NCBI GenBank assembly: GCA_002454045.1
Contig: DKID01000026.1
Coordinates: 691-64,690 of the forward strand
Length of the DNA: 64,000 nt
DNA from: Nitrospina sp. UBA6727
Lineage (GTDB): Bacteria > Nitrospinota > Nitrospinia > Nitrospinales > VA-1
Direction: 5' to 3'
In this document: in pieces, positions 38,032-47,454 of the stretch
How positions within the stretch are numbered: position 1 is the first letter of the stretch
Layout: every line of letters starts with the position of its first letter
Notes under the pieces: model-generated
Seen by the model: the letters and a program-made list of their open reading frames with translations, nothing else
What the model was told of the DNA's origin: nothing
The model's database searches: none
Program-made: the position numbers and the translations under genes

Positions 38032-38946
38032 GTGTCAGCTATGGACTTGTCGGTCAAACTGGGCGGTTTATATTTGAACAATCCGGTCATCGCCGCTTCT
38101 GGAACTTTTGGTTACGGTTTGGAATACCATTCGTTTGTGGACCTAAACGCACTCGGTGGATTTTCCACGAAGGGGCTTTCCTTAAAACCAAAATCCGGGA
38201 ACCCCGTGCCGAGAGTTATCGAAACTTCCTCCGGCATGCTCAACTCAATCGGATTAGAAAATATCGGGCTGGAGGTTTTTTTATCCGAGAAGTTACCGCG
38301 GTTGAAAAATTTTGACACCCGCATCATCGTTAATTTTTTTGGCGACACCACCCGCGAATATGTGGAGATGGCGCGGGCGTTGTCTAATGTAGAACGATTG
38401 GATGCTTTGGAGATGAACGTCTCTTGTCCTAACGTGGAAAACGGCGGCTTGCAATTTAGTTCCGCCCCCGAAGTTTTGGCGGAAGTGGTTTCCGCGGTTC
38501 GCAAGGCGACCGGCAAGTTTCTTATCGTCAAGTTGTCGCCCAACGTTACGGACATTACTTTATTTGCCAAAGCCGCGGAAGATGCCGGCGCCGACGCTTT
38601 GTCCGTGTGCAATACCTTCGTGGGAATGTCGATCGATTTGAAAACTAGAACGCCGCATTTGGCGAATGAGACGGGCGGACTTTCGGGACCCGCCATCAAA
38701 CCGTTGGCGTTAAACTTGGTGCGTCAAACAGTTCGGGCTGTGCAGATTCCGGTTATCGGAATCGGGGGGATCGCAAGCGGCGAAGACGCGGTGGAGTTTT
38801 TGTTGGCGGGAGCAAAGGCGGTACAAATCGGAACGGCGAACTTCATCGACCCGGCCTCGACTCTTCACGTGATTGAAGGAATTCGCCGATACTGTTTGGC
38901 AAATGGAGTGAGCAAACTTTCCGAATTAAAGATGCGCGGGGAGTGA
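38032..38946 (+). CDS. pyrD: Dihydroorotate dehydrogenase, family 1B catalytic subunit
   Basis: AASGTFGYG, GMLNSIGLEN, NVSCPN, VKLSPNV and GGLSGPAIKP motifs. Confidence 0.94.
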   Translation: MSAMDLSVKLGGLYLNNPVIAASGTFGYGLEYHSFVDLNALGGFSTKGLSLKPKSGNPVPRVIETSSGMLNSIGLENIGLEVFLSEKLPRLKNFDTRIIVNFFGDTTREYVEMARALSNVERLDALEMNVSCPNVENGGLQFSSAPEVLAEVVSAVRKATGKFLIVKLSPNVTDITLFAKAAEDAGADALSVCNTFVGMSIDLKTRTPHLANETGGLSGPAIKPLALNLVRQTVRAVQIPVIGIGGIASGEDAVEFLLAGAKAVQIGTANFIDPASTLHVIEGIRRYCLANGVSKLSELKMRGE

Positions 38947-40092
38947 TCATCCGTTGCTGTAAATCCGCGGCACCCGTTTGCCGATGTTGCAAAGAATTTC
39001 GTAGGGAATAGTTTTTCCTTTCACGGCGAGTTCCTCGACCGATATCATCTGGTTTCCCTGCTTGCCGAAAATGACCGCCTCGTCTCCTTCTTGAACATCA
39101 GAAATTTCGGTGACATCAACGAGAATCATATCCATGCAGATGTTCCCGATTTGCGGTGCGCGCTGCCCACGAATCAGAACATCCATGTTGTTAGACAAGA
39201 TACGGTGGAGTCCGTCTGCATACCCGATGGGAAGGGTGGCTACGCGACTATCCCGCCGCGTCGTGAAATTTCTTGAGTAACTCACGGGCTGATCTTTGGC
39301 GATAGACTTGACGAGGATGATCCGACTTTTCCATTGCATGACAGGCTGGAACGGACGCAAGTTTTTTTCCCGGTCAAAAACTTTTTGCAGGGAAGAAGAG
39401 GGGAGAACTCCGTATAGGATGAGACCGGGTCTGACCATATTGAAACGGCTTTCCGGAAATTTAAACAACGCGGAGGTGTTCGCGCAATGGATCATTGGTG
39501 TGCGGACGCCTTCTTTTTGTAAGATGGCGAGAGCGGTTTGAAAATTTTTGAGTTGCGCGCGGGTGATGGAAAAGTCGTCTTCATCGGCGGAGGAAAAATG
39601 GGTGGAGACCGCGGCAATTTTTAGATTCTTTAAGTTGCGGATTTGATCGAGAAGCGCGGACAAATTTTCAGGCGAGACCCCAAGCCGATTCATTCCGGTA
39701 TCAACTTTAATGTGCACCGATACCATTTTGTTTTGCTTTTCGGCTTCCCTTGAAAGAGCCTGCGCAAGCGGCTGGGTGCAAAGTGTGGTCGCAAGATTGT
39801 GTCGGACTAAATGTTCCGCGTGATCGGGAAATGTGCTACCGAGTATCAGGATAGGAGCGTCGATGCCGTTTTCCCTAAGCTCCATCCCTTCTTCAATTAC
39901 CCCGGCGCCCAAATAGTCTGCGCCATTTTCAACCGCTGCCCGCGCGCAAGGGACGGCGCCGTGACCGTAGGCATCGGCTTTGATGACCGCCATGATTTGC
40001 GTTTGTGGGTCGAGATATTTTCTAAGAGTTTGAAGATTGTGCCGAAAGGCTTGCAGGTCAATCTCGGCGCGAGTCGCGCGATGGTGTGCCAT
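38947..40092 (-). CDS. alr: Alanine racemase
   Basis: AVIKADAYGHG, KVDTGMNRLG, VRPG..LYG, IGYADG, ICMD and TIPYE motifs. Confidence 0.96.
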   Translation of the reverse strand: MAHHRATRAEIDLQAFRHNLQTLRKYLDPQTQIMAVIKADAYGHGAVPCARAAVENGADYLGAGVIEEGMELRENGIDAPILILGSTFPDHAEHLVRHNLATTLCTQPLAQALSREAEKQNKMVSVHIKVDTGMNRLGVSPENLSALLDQIRNLKNLKIAAVSTHFSSADEDDFSITRAQLKNFQTALAILQKEGVRTPMIHCANTSALFKFPESRFNMVRPGLILYGVLPSSSLQKVFDREKNLRPFQPVMQWKSRIILVKSIAKDQPVSYSRNFTTRRDSRVATLPIGYADGLHRILSNNMDVLIRGQRAPQIGNICMDMILVDVTEISDVQEGDEAVIFGKQGNQMISVEELAVKGKTIPYEILCNIGKRVPRIYSNG

Positions 40093-40251
40093 AAAATAAT
40101 TGTTTGCAGAATAAAACGCGGGCTTTCGAATTGGTGAAAATCAGGGCAAGCGGAAAACCGCCGTCGGCAACTTACAACATTTTGAATCGAGATAACCGCG
40201 CGCGCTGGAAATGTTCACTACTCATCAACCTCACGTCCGATGACGGTTTGG

Positions 40252-40734
40252 CTACTCTCGTCGCGTGCGACCTGTGTTGGATAAGCGCCCGCTTTTTTTG
40301 ACCGGCGGTCCGGAGGTGCGGATAGCCCGGCAACACATACTATCTTCGTCCTTTGCTTTCTTCCTTATGAGATAAGCCCGGTCGCTGTAAAAATTATAGG
40401 CCATGGCGTTCGTCCCTTGCTCTTCCTGACACCAATAGGTGGACCCACAACCTTCGGGAAATTTATAGTCGATGTGAACTATGTCGCCGTCGAAGTCGGT
40501 GTTCTTGCATTCATGATCATACAGGTTCCTACATTCTTGACTCTTGGGCAACCGCCAGTCGTCGAACCCGCCAAACTTTTGTTCATTGAGCCAACCAATA
40601 TAATTATTGGCGCCTTTCCATGAACACCACTTGTCGCGCATTTGATAACTGTCTTTCTTCGCCCAAGTCAAGTTGTATCGGGTGTCCGTCAGAGTGTCGT
40701 TGTCGTTGTCCTTAAACCGATCTTCGTCCGCCAT
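40252..40734 (-). CDS. DUF1566 (Lcl C-terminal-like) domain protein
   Basis: RF.DN.N.T.TD....L.W and GGFDDWRLP...E motifs. No signal peptide. Confidence 0.75.
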   Translation of the reverse strand: MADEDRFKDNDNDTLTDTRYNLTWAKKDSYQMRDKWCSWKGANNYIGWLNEQKFGGFDDWRLPKSQECRNLYDHECKNTDFDGDIVHIDYKFPEGCGSTYWCQEEQGTNAMAYNFYSDRAYLIRKKAKDEDSMCCRAIRTSGPPVKKSGRLSNTGRTRRE

Positions 40735-40863
40735 AAATCTTTAAAAAATGATTTGGAAATAATGACGGATAGTATATTTTAAAAGGCGCCTTCATGGCAA
40801 ACATTGATTTTTAGTAGCATCGCTAAGGAGCGACTCCGTTTAATTTTTAATACTGGGAACGTT

Positions 40864-41148
40864 ATGGGAAAAATAGAAATCCAAAGTTTTTTTTACGATT
40901 TAATTCATTGCAAGAACAAGATCAGCTCCGTCTTTGAAAAATGGGATAAAAAGTACGAAGAGGATGAACGGGGCGCTCTCGTCGCAGGAATGCGGGAATG
41001 CCCGGACGCGGAATTGGTTGCTTTGTTAATCAACATTCAGAAACTGGCGACGGGCTATGAACAAATTAAGGAACTGATGGATAAAGCCGAGCAGGAACAG
41101 GTGGACAAAGCGTTCGTGGAGGACGACCCCGATGACGAAGATTTTTAA
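40864..41148 (+). CDS. Small helical hypothetical protein with acidic C-terminus
   Basis: 94-aa ORF from ATG 40864 with GGGA SD; ends EDDPDDEDF. Confidence 0.65.
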   Translation: MGKIEIQSFFYDLIHCKNKISSVFEKWDKKYEEDERGALVAGMRECPDAELVALLINIQKLATGYEQIKELMDKAEQEQVDKAFVEDDPDDEDF

Positions 41149-41181
41149 TCCGTCGTCGCGCCGCCAACCTCGGCGACAAAA

Positions 41182-42123
41182 ATGAACACGGCGACGCGCG
41201 TTTTATTTATGAAACCGAAACGTTTATTTTGCACGATGACCTATTCCATCCCCGCTTTTAGAAACTACGCCGCAACTATTTTTACAGCGCTCTTATTTTT
41301 TCTTTGGGGATGTCAAGTTTGCGATTGCGAAAAAAGACAGGACGCTTTGCCTTCTAAAAAAGTTTCTCCGCGCGACCAAAAAGAAATGGTGCTGATACCC
41401 TCCGGCGAATTCATTATGGGTACGAATAAAGTAGACGCGGAGAGCACGCACAAAAAAATTGGCGCGATCAAACCTCTTTACGTTGACCAACATCCCGAAA
41501 GAAATTTATTTCTCGGCCCCTTTTACATCGACCAGTATGAAGTGACCAACGCGGAGTACCAACGGTTCTTGGAGGCGACACAATTTATCGACTTGCCAAC
41601 TCACTGGGTCGACGGAAAATATCCCGCCACGAAAAGTTTGCATCCCGTCACACAGATCACTTGGTGGGAAGCTTGGTCGTATTGCACGTGGGCGGACAAA
41701 CAATTACCCACCGAAGCGCAATGGGAAAAGTCGGCGCGCGGACCGAACGGTCTTCCGTATCCGTGGGGAAATGAGTTTGTGAAAGGCGCGGCAAATTCGG
41801 GGATGGATGGCGACCGCGACACAGCGCCCGTCACCGCCTACGCCAAGGATGTCAGCCCATACAAAGTATATGGTTTGTCGGGGAATGTTATGGAATGGAC
41901 GCAGGATTGGTACCTTCCTTATCCGGGAAATTCTAGATCGAATCCCAAGTTTGGCCAGGAACGAAAAGTTTTGCGGGGCAACGGATTCCAAAAAGCCGGG
42001 CATTATTTTTTGTCCGCCTACCGTTACGCGTTCACCCGCACCGAAGCCGACCCCAATGATTTTTTTGAGAACGTGGGATTCCGATGCGCGTCAGAAATCA
42101 TCGCGGAAAAAAAAGACCAATGA
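41182..42123 (+). CDS. FGE-sulfatase (SUMF1/PvdO-like) domain protein, probable lipoprotein
   Basis: MVLIPSGEFIMG, FYIDQYEVTN, HPVT.ITW.EA, LPTEAQWEKSARG, GNVMEW and GFRCA motifs. Lipobox-like LWGC. Confidence 0.88.
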   Translation: MNTATRVLFMKPKRLFCTMTYSIPAFRNYAATIFTALLFFLWGCQVCDCEKRQDALPSKKVSPRDQKEMVLIPSGEFIMGTNKVDAESTHKKIGAIKPLYVDQHPERNLFLGPFYIDQYEVTNAEYQRFLEATQFIDLPTHWVDGKYPATKSLHPVTQITWWEAWSYCTWADKQLPTEAQWEKSARGPNGLPYPWGNEFVKGAANSGMDGDRDTAPVTAYAKDVSPYKVYGLSGNVMEWTQDWYLPYPGNSRSNPKFGQERKVLRGNGFQKAGHYFLSAYRYAFTRTEADPNDFFENVGFRCASEIIAEKKDQ

Positions 42124-42442
42124 CGATTTCAACACGCCGATGAAAAATCCGCAGCGTCGCGCACGACATTAGAACGACGGCGCATCCCGCGAGGCGTTGC
42201 GCGTCCCACCGTGCGCCACCGCGCACCATCATCTGTTAAAGGATTTGTATCGCGCCGTAACCACCGCGGCAAATTGATGGCGACCGTCATCGCCGCGTTG
42301 CCGCTGCTGCGATTGAAAAACCGCTTCAGGTGATTTTGTTGCGGAGGCGTTGCGCGCGCCGTTGTCGTCGCGCCATCATCATTGCCGCCGTCACGCCGCC
42401 ATCGTCATTCCAACATGCCGCCACTAAAAATAAATAAAGTTT

Positions 42443-43354
42443 TTATATTTTATCAAAATAGTTTTTAACTATTTGTTGTTCAAATCCTATTTCATATTTT
42501 TTCAAAAATTCAATTAATCTTTTCCCGTCTATCAATTCCATTCCATATTCGCTTGCTCTGTTTTTTGCGTCTCTTGTAAAAGATGAAGTGGTTATAAAAA
42601 CAGCCTTTTCTGCTTTTTCATCCGTTTTCACTTATTCTAATTGTTTTATTTTCCTTTCATCAATAGTTGCATCTCTATATCTTTTTGATTCAAACACAAC
42701 TTTAATTTTTGTTAATCCGAATAAGTAAAAAGCTTTTCCGTCATATCCTCCGTCCCGTGATAATTGGGTATTAACGACATCAACATATCCGGCTTTTTCA
42801 AAAAGTATTGCGCATAGTCTTTCGAATTGTTCTGGCGTTATATTTTGTATGATGTCTAACTCTCTTTCTGCTTGTTTTGTTTCTTCTTCTAAATCCTGTT
42901 CCACATCTTTTTCTTCATCGTGATGTTCGTCGTGGAACCGAAAAACGGTATTTGTCTCCGCATCTAAGGAATTCTCTTTATTTTTTTCTTTTCTTTTAAT
43001 TCTTTCTTTTTCCGATTCTTCAAAAACTTCTTCAGCAAATGCGCTGTGCGATTTTTCATCGCGCAATTCTGAAATTTTATCTTTTGCTTTTTTTGTTAAA
43101 ATCCATTTGCCGCGTTCTGAATTATCGATATATTCAGCCCACACAAGTCTCAATCTTGAAAAATGAACACTCTTTTCAAAACTAGAAGAATTAGTTTTGC
43201 GAGTTTCTCTATTTAAAAACTCTTCGCTTAAATTAAGATCATTGGCAACCGTGTCAATAACCTGTTTGGGATTTCCCGCACCACCTAATGTGTGCAACGC
43301 CAACAACACATGTGGTAGCAGGGTTTTGTAACCAATTTCTGATTCTTTTAACAT
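42443..43354 (-). pseudogene. mrr: Mrr-family type IV restriction endonuclease interrupted by an in-frame TAA
   Basis: Mrr_N winged helix (L..LGG......I.......LSEE...RG.W.LT), then FE.LC..L..K.GY, RDGGYDG, FESKRY, TAA at 42632-42634, and in the same frame AVFITTSSFT.DA and ELIDG..L. Confidence 0.85.
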
Positions 43355-43415
43355 GATGGAAATAATTGTATCACGCCCAATTGCTATCACATTATTTTCA
43401 GGTATCATATCGCAC

Positions 43416-43739
43416 ATGAACATCGTCAAAAAATATTCGCTTTGCGGCGCGGCGATTATGTTGGTGGTCTCGGCGTTGGGTTCAATCCTCGGACCATCAC
43501 CGCTTAATTTTTTATTCGCGCCGATTATGATGGTCACCACGGCGCCGTTGCAGTGGGTGATTGCCGTCATCCCGTGGCTCGGCGAGATTGCCGCGGGCGG
43601 GATGTTCGGCGTCGCGGGCGCCTTCATCAACTACCCATTTTTCGCGCTACTGGTTGGCTGGAATGTATTCATCGGTGCCGCCCTCGGCGCAATCGTCGGG
43701 ATTGTGAAGAAGAGAAAATCGTCGCGAACATTGTCATGA
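43416..43739 (+). CDS. Small hydrophobic membrane protein (about 3 TM)
   Basis: Gly/Ala-rich hydrophobic 107-aa ORF ending in a basic KKRKSSR tail. Divergent from mrr. Confidence 0.6.
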   Translation: MNIVKKYSLCGAAIMLVVSALGSILGPSPLNFLFAPIMMVTTAPLQWVIAVIPWLGEIAAGGMFGVAGAFINYPFFALLVGWNVFIGAALGAIVGIVKKRKSSRTLS

Positions 43740-43773
43740 AAATCGCGGCGCCGCCATCGCCGTCACGCTGTCG

Positions 43774-44688
43774 TCAAACTGCGACTTCGTATCGGGCGCG
43801 AAGACGCGCGAGATGATTGCGCAACCACGGTGCGGCGGCGGTGCCCCATGTTCGCCACAGTTCGCTATAACTCATCGCTTCGAACGCCGGCGTGGCACCG
43901 GCAACCATGCGCTTCAGACAATCAATCTCTTCGCGGTGGTCGATGAAGTTTTGATGCTCGCCATAATTTGTCGGCTCCCAAAAAATGTAAAGCAAAACAG
44001 AGTTCACGGGAAGTTTGTTTTCGGGCGATGTATTTTTAATTCCAAAGATGTTTTTGATTAGTTGCGCCACATCAAAATATTTATGAGAGAGATTATTTTC
44101 GGGGAATGTATTTTTGATCCCAAAGGCGTGTTTGATTAGTTGCGCCGCGTCCAAATATTGATACGGGCGATCCTCTTTTACACGGCGCATTTCTGCAACC
44201 CATTTCTCGTCCCATGATTTTTGTCGGCGGTCCTCATACGAGTCTGCAAACTTTGGTTCATGCGCTTCAAGATGCTCGGTAAATTTTGATTCAATGCCGA
44301 CAACGATATTTTTATTTTCAACTACAAGGTCAAGGTTCGGCGGCGTTCCGCGCAAGCCGGTTGAGCATTGCATCTCGAACTGCATAGCATGGAAACCATC
44401 CTCGTCCAACAACGACAAGTCCGCAATGTTTCGCTTGAACGGCGCGAAACAATTGACCGCCAACGCGGATGACGAATGCACCGCGCAAAATTTCGCGCGA
44501 CCATTCTTGTCGGCATTAAGTTCGCCGCCGTTGCCTTGCCGCAGGTCTTCTTCAAAATCATCTCTGCGCACACCGTCAATCAAGTTGTCCTCGATGGTCG
44601 CGGTGTATCCCTTGTCATCAAGATGAACATCTGGGTACACTTTTCGGAATGCATCATGCAACGCAGATTTCGCTTTCTCCTTACTCAT
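43774..44688 (-). CDS. PGN_0703-like putative PD-(D/E)XK restriction endonuclease
   Basis: HSSSALAVNCF, FE..C.TG....PNLD, GIESKFTE, QLIKH..G and LLYIFWEP motifs. GGAG SD. Confidence 0.75.
   Translation of the reverse strand: MSKEKAKSALHDAFRKVYPDVHLDDKGYTATIEDNLIDGVRRDDFEEDLRQGNGGELNADKNGRAKFCAVHSSSALAVNCFAPFKRNIADLSLLDEDGFHAMQFEMQCSTGLRGTPPNLDLVVENKNIVVGIESKFTEHLEAHEPKFADSYEDRRQKSWDEKWVAEMRRVKEDRPYQYLDAAQLIKHAFGIKNTFPENNLSHKYFDVAQLIKNIFGIKNTSPENKLPVNSVLLYIFWEPTNYGEHQNFIDHREEIDCLKRMVAGATPAFEAMSYSELWRTWGTAAAPWLRNHLARLRARYEVAV
44011..44160. repeat. Imperfect in-frame tandem duplication (78-bp period) inside the nuclease gene
   Basis: GATTAGTTGCGCC at 44056 and 44134. Protein copies: YLDAAQLIKHAFGIKNTFPENNL and YFDVAQLIKNIFGIKNTSPENKL. 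Confidence 0.9.
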
Positions 44689-44765
44689 TGTAAAACTGTC
44701 TCCGTTTAGCGTGTGATATTTTCATGCATTATACGCACACCGAGTCTTGATATATAATATCGACC

Positions 44766-46010
44766 ATGGGAATATTTTTGAATCGCAGGGTGATGGTCGT
44801 TTTGTTCCTGGGGTTTTCTTCGGGATTGCCCTTGGCGTTGTCGGGGGGAACTTTGCAGGCTTGGTTGACGGTGGAAGGGGTCGATATCAAAACCATCGGC
44901 CTGTTCACTTTGGTGGGTTTGCCGTACACCTTAAAGTTTCTCTGGTCCCCGTTGCTGGATCGATTTGTCGTTCCTCTGTTCGGACGAAGACGGGGTTGGA
45001 TTTGGGTGTTTCAAATCTCATTGATCGTTTTGATTTTTGCGATGAGCACCATATCGCCCGCGAAAGTTCCGTGGGTTTTTGCTCTTCTCGCTTTCGGCTT
45101 GGCTTTTTTTTCGTCATCGCAAGATATTGTCGTCGACGCTTATCGCACGGAAGTGCTGAAGGAAAAGGAACGGGGATTGGGCGCGGCGGTTTCGGTGACG
45201 GGATATCGAATCGCAATGTTGGTTTCCGGGGCCTTCGCTTTGATCCTGTCAGAAATTTCGGGATGGCGCGTAACGTATATGATTATGGCGGGACTGATGC
45301 TTGTCGGCATGACGGCTGTCGCGTTGGGTCCCGAACCCGATGACCCTGGAATTCCGCCGAAGACATTGGCGGAAGCCGTCGGCGGACCATTGGTCGAATT
45401 TTTTTCCCGCGATGGTGCTTGGTTGCTGTTGGCTTTGATTGTTCTCTACAAGTTGGGCGACGCTTTTGCTGGAAGTTTGACCACGAGTTTTTTAATCCGC
45501 GGCGTCGGTTTTTCGTTAGGCGAAGTCGGGGCGATTAACAAGGGTATGGGCTTGGCGGCGACAATCGCGGGAGCTTTGTTCGGCGGTGCCCTCATGGTTC
45601 GTCTGGGACTTTTTCGCGCGCTTTTATTTTTCGGAATTTTGCAAGCCATCTCAAATCTATCGTTCATGGTTTTGGCTTGGGTTGGAAAAAGTTATGCCAT
45701 GTTAGTTTTCACCATTGGTTTTGAAAACTTAGCGGGGGGGATGGGGACCGCGGCTTTCGTGGCTTTCTTGATGGCGTTGTGCAACCATAATTTTACGGCG
45801 ACGCAATTTGCTTTGTTCTCAGCTTTGGCTTCTTTGGGGCGAGTGTTTGTGGGTCCCGCCGCGGGCGTTTTGGTGGACGAGTTTGGTTGGCTCTTGTTTT
45901 TCCTGACAACATTTTTCGCCGCGATACCGGGGCTGATACTTTTATGGAAAATGCGCGACAACATTCAATCTCTCGAAAAGGAAGAAGGCCGACAAAGTCA
46001 CGCTTCCTAA
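44766..46010 (+). CDS. ampG: Muropeptide MFS transporter
   Basis: LGFSSGLPLAL, PYTLKFLWSPLLDR, GRRRGW, SQDIVVDAYR, LYKLGDAF and ATQFAL motifs. Confidence 0.94.
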   Translation: MGIFLNRRVMVVLFLGFSSGLPLALSGGTLQAWLTVEGVDIKTIGLFTLVGLPYTLKFLWSPLLDRFVVPLFGRRRGWIWVFQISLIVLIFAMSTISPAKVPWVFALLAFGLAFFSSSQDIVVDAYRTEVLKEKERGLGAAVSVTGYRIAMLVSGAFALILSEISGWRVTYMIMAGLMLVGMTAVALGPEPDDPGIPPKTLAEAVGGPLVEFFSRDGAWLLLALIVLYKLGDAFAGSLTTSFLIRGVGFSLGEVGAINKGMGLAATIAGALFGGALMVRLGLFRALLFFGILQAISNLSFMVLAWVGKSYAMLVFTIGFENLAGGMGTAAFVAFLMALCNHNFTATQFALFSALASLGRVFVGPAAGVLVDEFGWLLFFLTTFFAAIPGLILLWKMRDNIQSLEKEEGRQSHAS

Positions 46011-46020
46011 TCAGATTGTT

Positions 46021-46665
46021 GTGACAGAATTTATTTACCTCCACGGGTTCGCGTCGGGACCGAGTTCCCAAAAAGCCTGCGCATTTAAAAATCACTTCGA
46101 GAAAGCCAAACTTCCTCTCACCATCCCAGACTTGCAACAAGATGACTTTGAAAATCTGACACTGACGAATCAAGTTTCGCTGGTTCAGCGTATCATCGAT
46201 GAAAAACCCGGCACACGTTTCGCCTTGATAGGGAGCAGCATGGGCGGCTACGTCGCGGCACTAACCGCGGAAACTCGGGCAGAAATAGAAGCGTTATATC
46301 TGATGGCACCCGGCTTCAATTTTCTCGACCGTTGGATGGAAAATATGGGTTGGGATAAGGACTCCGTCGGTTCGATTCCGACAACGATCCGCGTGTTTCA
46401 TTATGGTTACAATATGGAAGTAACGTTGAATACGGATTTGTTTCGCGATGCAATGCGCTGGGATTTCTCCCCGCTGACTCGCAACATTCCGACCCGCATC
46501 GTTCATGGAACACACGATGAAACGATAAACATTCAGGAGTCCAGAGACTTCGTCATGTCGCGGCCGTGGTGCCAACTAAAAGAATTGGATTCTGACCACG
46601 GGCTTCTTTCGCACATTAATTGGATTACTGATGACTGCATAAAATTTTTTCAGAGGGTTATGTAG
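46021..46665 (+). CDS. YqiA/YcfP-family alpha/beta hydrolase
   Basis: YLHGFASGPSS.KA, GSSMGG, HGTHDE and DSDH motifs. Confidence 0.88.
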   Translation: MTEFIYLHGFASGPSSQKACAFKNHFEKAKLPLTIPDLQQDDFENLTLTNQVSLVQRIIDEKPGTRFALIGSSMGGYVAALTAETRAEIEALYLMAPGFNFLDRWMENMGWDKDSVGSIPTTIRVFHYGYNMEVTLNTDLFRDAMRWDFSPLTRNIPTRIVHGTHDETINIQESRDFVMSRPWCQLKELDSDHGLLSHINWITDDCIKFFQRVM

Positions 46666-46698
46666 GTTACTAATTTTTGCTTCGTGTGGGAAGTGGTA

Positions 46699-47454
46699 TC
46701 AGGTGCCCACGGAGTTTTTTGGGACCCAGCCTTTTTGTTCATCGTTGAGACGAACTTCCAGCCAATCTTCATATTTGTCGGTGACGGTAACTAGCGCGCC
46801 TTCGTGTAGTTGGAATAAAGTAATCGCGTCTTCCGCACCTCCAGACTTTACTTCAACCCTTTCATCCAGAACCACCGCCAGTTTAGAATCGGATTCATTT
46901 TTAAGTTTGACTCCGATTGAGAAAAATAAAAATAAAAGTAAACCGAGAAGAACGTTGCGGGCGAGTTGTAACGACGAGGAACGAAAATACATCCACAGTG
47001 CCAGAGTAATCCAGAAAATAAAATTCAAGATCATGGCAAGATAAATAAGTTCCCTCAAATTAAAATCGTTACTCCACAAAAAAAGAGCGCTGAGAGTTCC
47101 CGGGGACGGAGGTTCTATCTTGTCCCGAGTTTGTTGGATAGCAAATTTCAAATTGGCTGCCAAATTTTCATCGCGCGGAATTAATTTTCGAGCACGAATA
47201 TAGTTCAAAACAGCGGGCCCTGTTTTCCCCATACGGATGTAAGTGTTGGCTAGGTTGTAATACAAATATCCGTTACGCGCACCTTTATCGATTAAAGATT
47301 CATAAGCTTTAGCAGACTGGGCATAACGTTTTTCGAAATGAAGGTCGTTAGCGCGAACGACTTCTTCAAAATATTTGGAGGCATCGGCGGGAGGGCTGAT
47401 AAAGAGTGGTAGCACGCAAAATAAAAATAATGAAAAACTGTTGGAATGTTTCAC
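46699..47454 (-). CDS. batE: BatE-like TPR plus SH3 protein
   Basis: YYNLAN.Y...G..G.A.LNY.RA..L.PRD...NL, a TM pair, LF.LHEG..V and GWV. Confidence 0.82.
   Translation of the reverse strand: MKHSNSFSLFLFCVLPLFISPPADASKYFEEVVRANDLHFEKRYAQSAKAYESLIDKGARNGYLYYNLANTYIRMGKTGPAVLNYIRARKLIPRDENLAANLKFAIQQTRDKIEPPSPGTLSALFLWSNDFNLRELIYLAMILNFIFWITLALWMYFRSSSLQLARNVLLGLLLFLFFSIGVKLKNESDSKLAVVLDERVEVKSGGAEDAITLFQLHEGALVTVTDKYEDWLEVRLNDEQKGWVPKNSVGT

Noticed and set aside
41182-42123. Active formylglycine-generating enzyme or DGR target
   Set aside because: The catalytic Cys pair is absent, and no sulfatase, reverse transcriptase or template repeat is in the window.
42632-43630. 332-aa ORF-track protein with a long hydrophobic-antisense N-terminus
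   Set aside because: The first ~92 codons are antisense to the membrane protein gene. Mrr homology starts at ATG 43354 and continues past the TAA.
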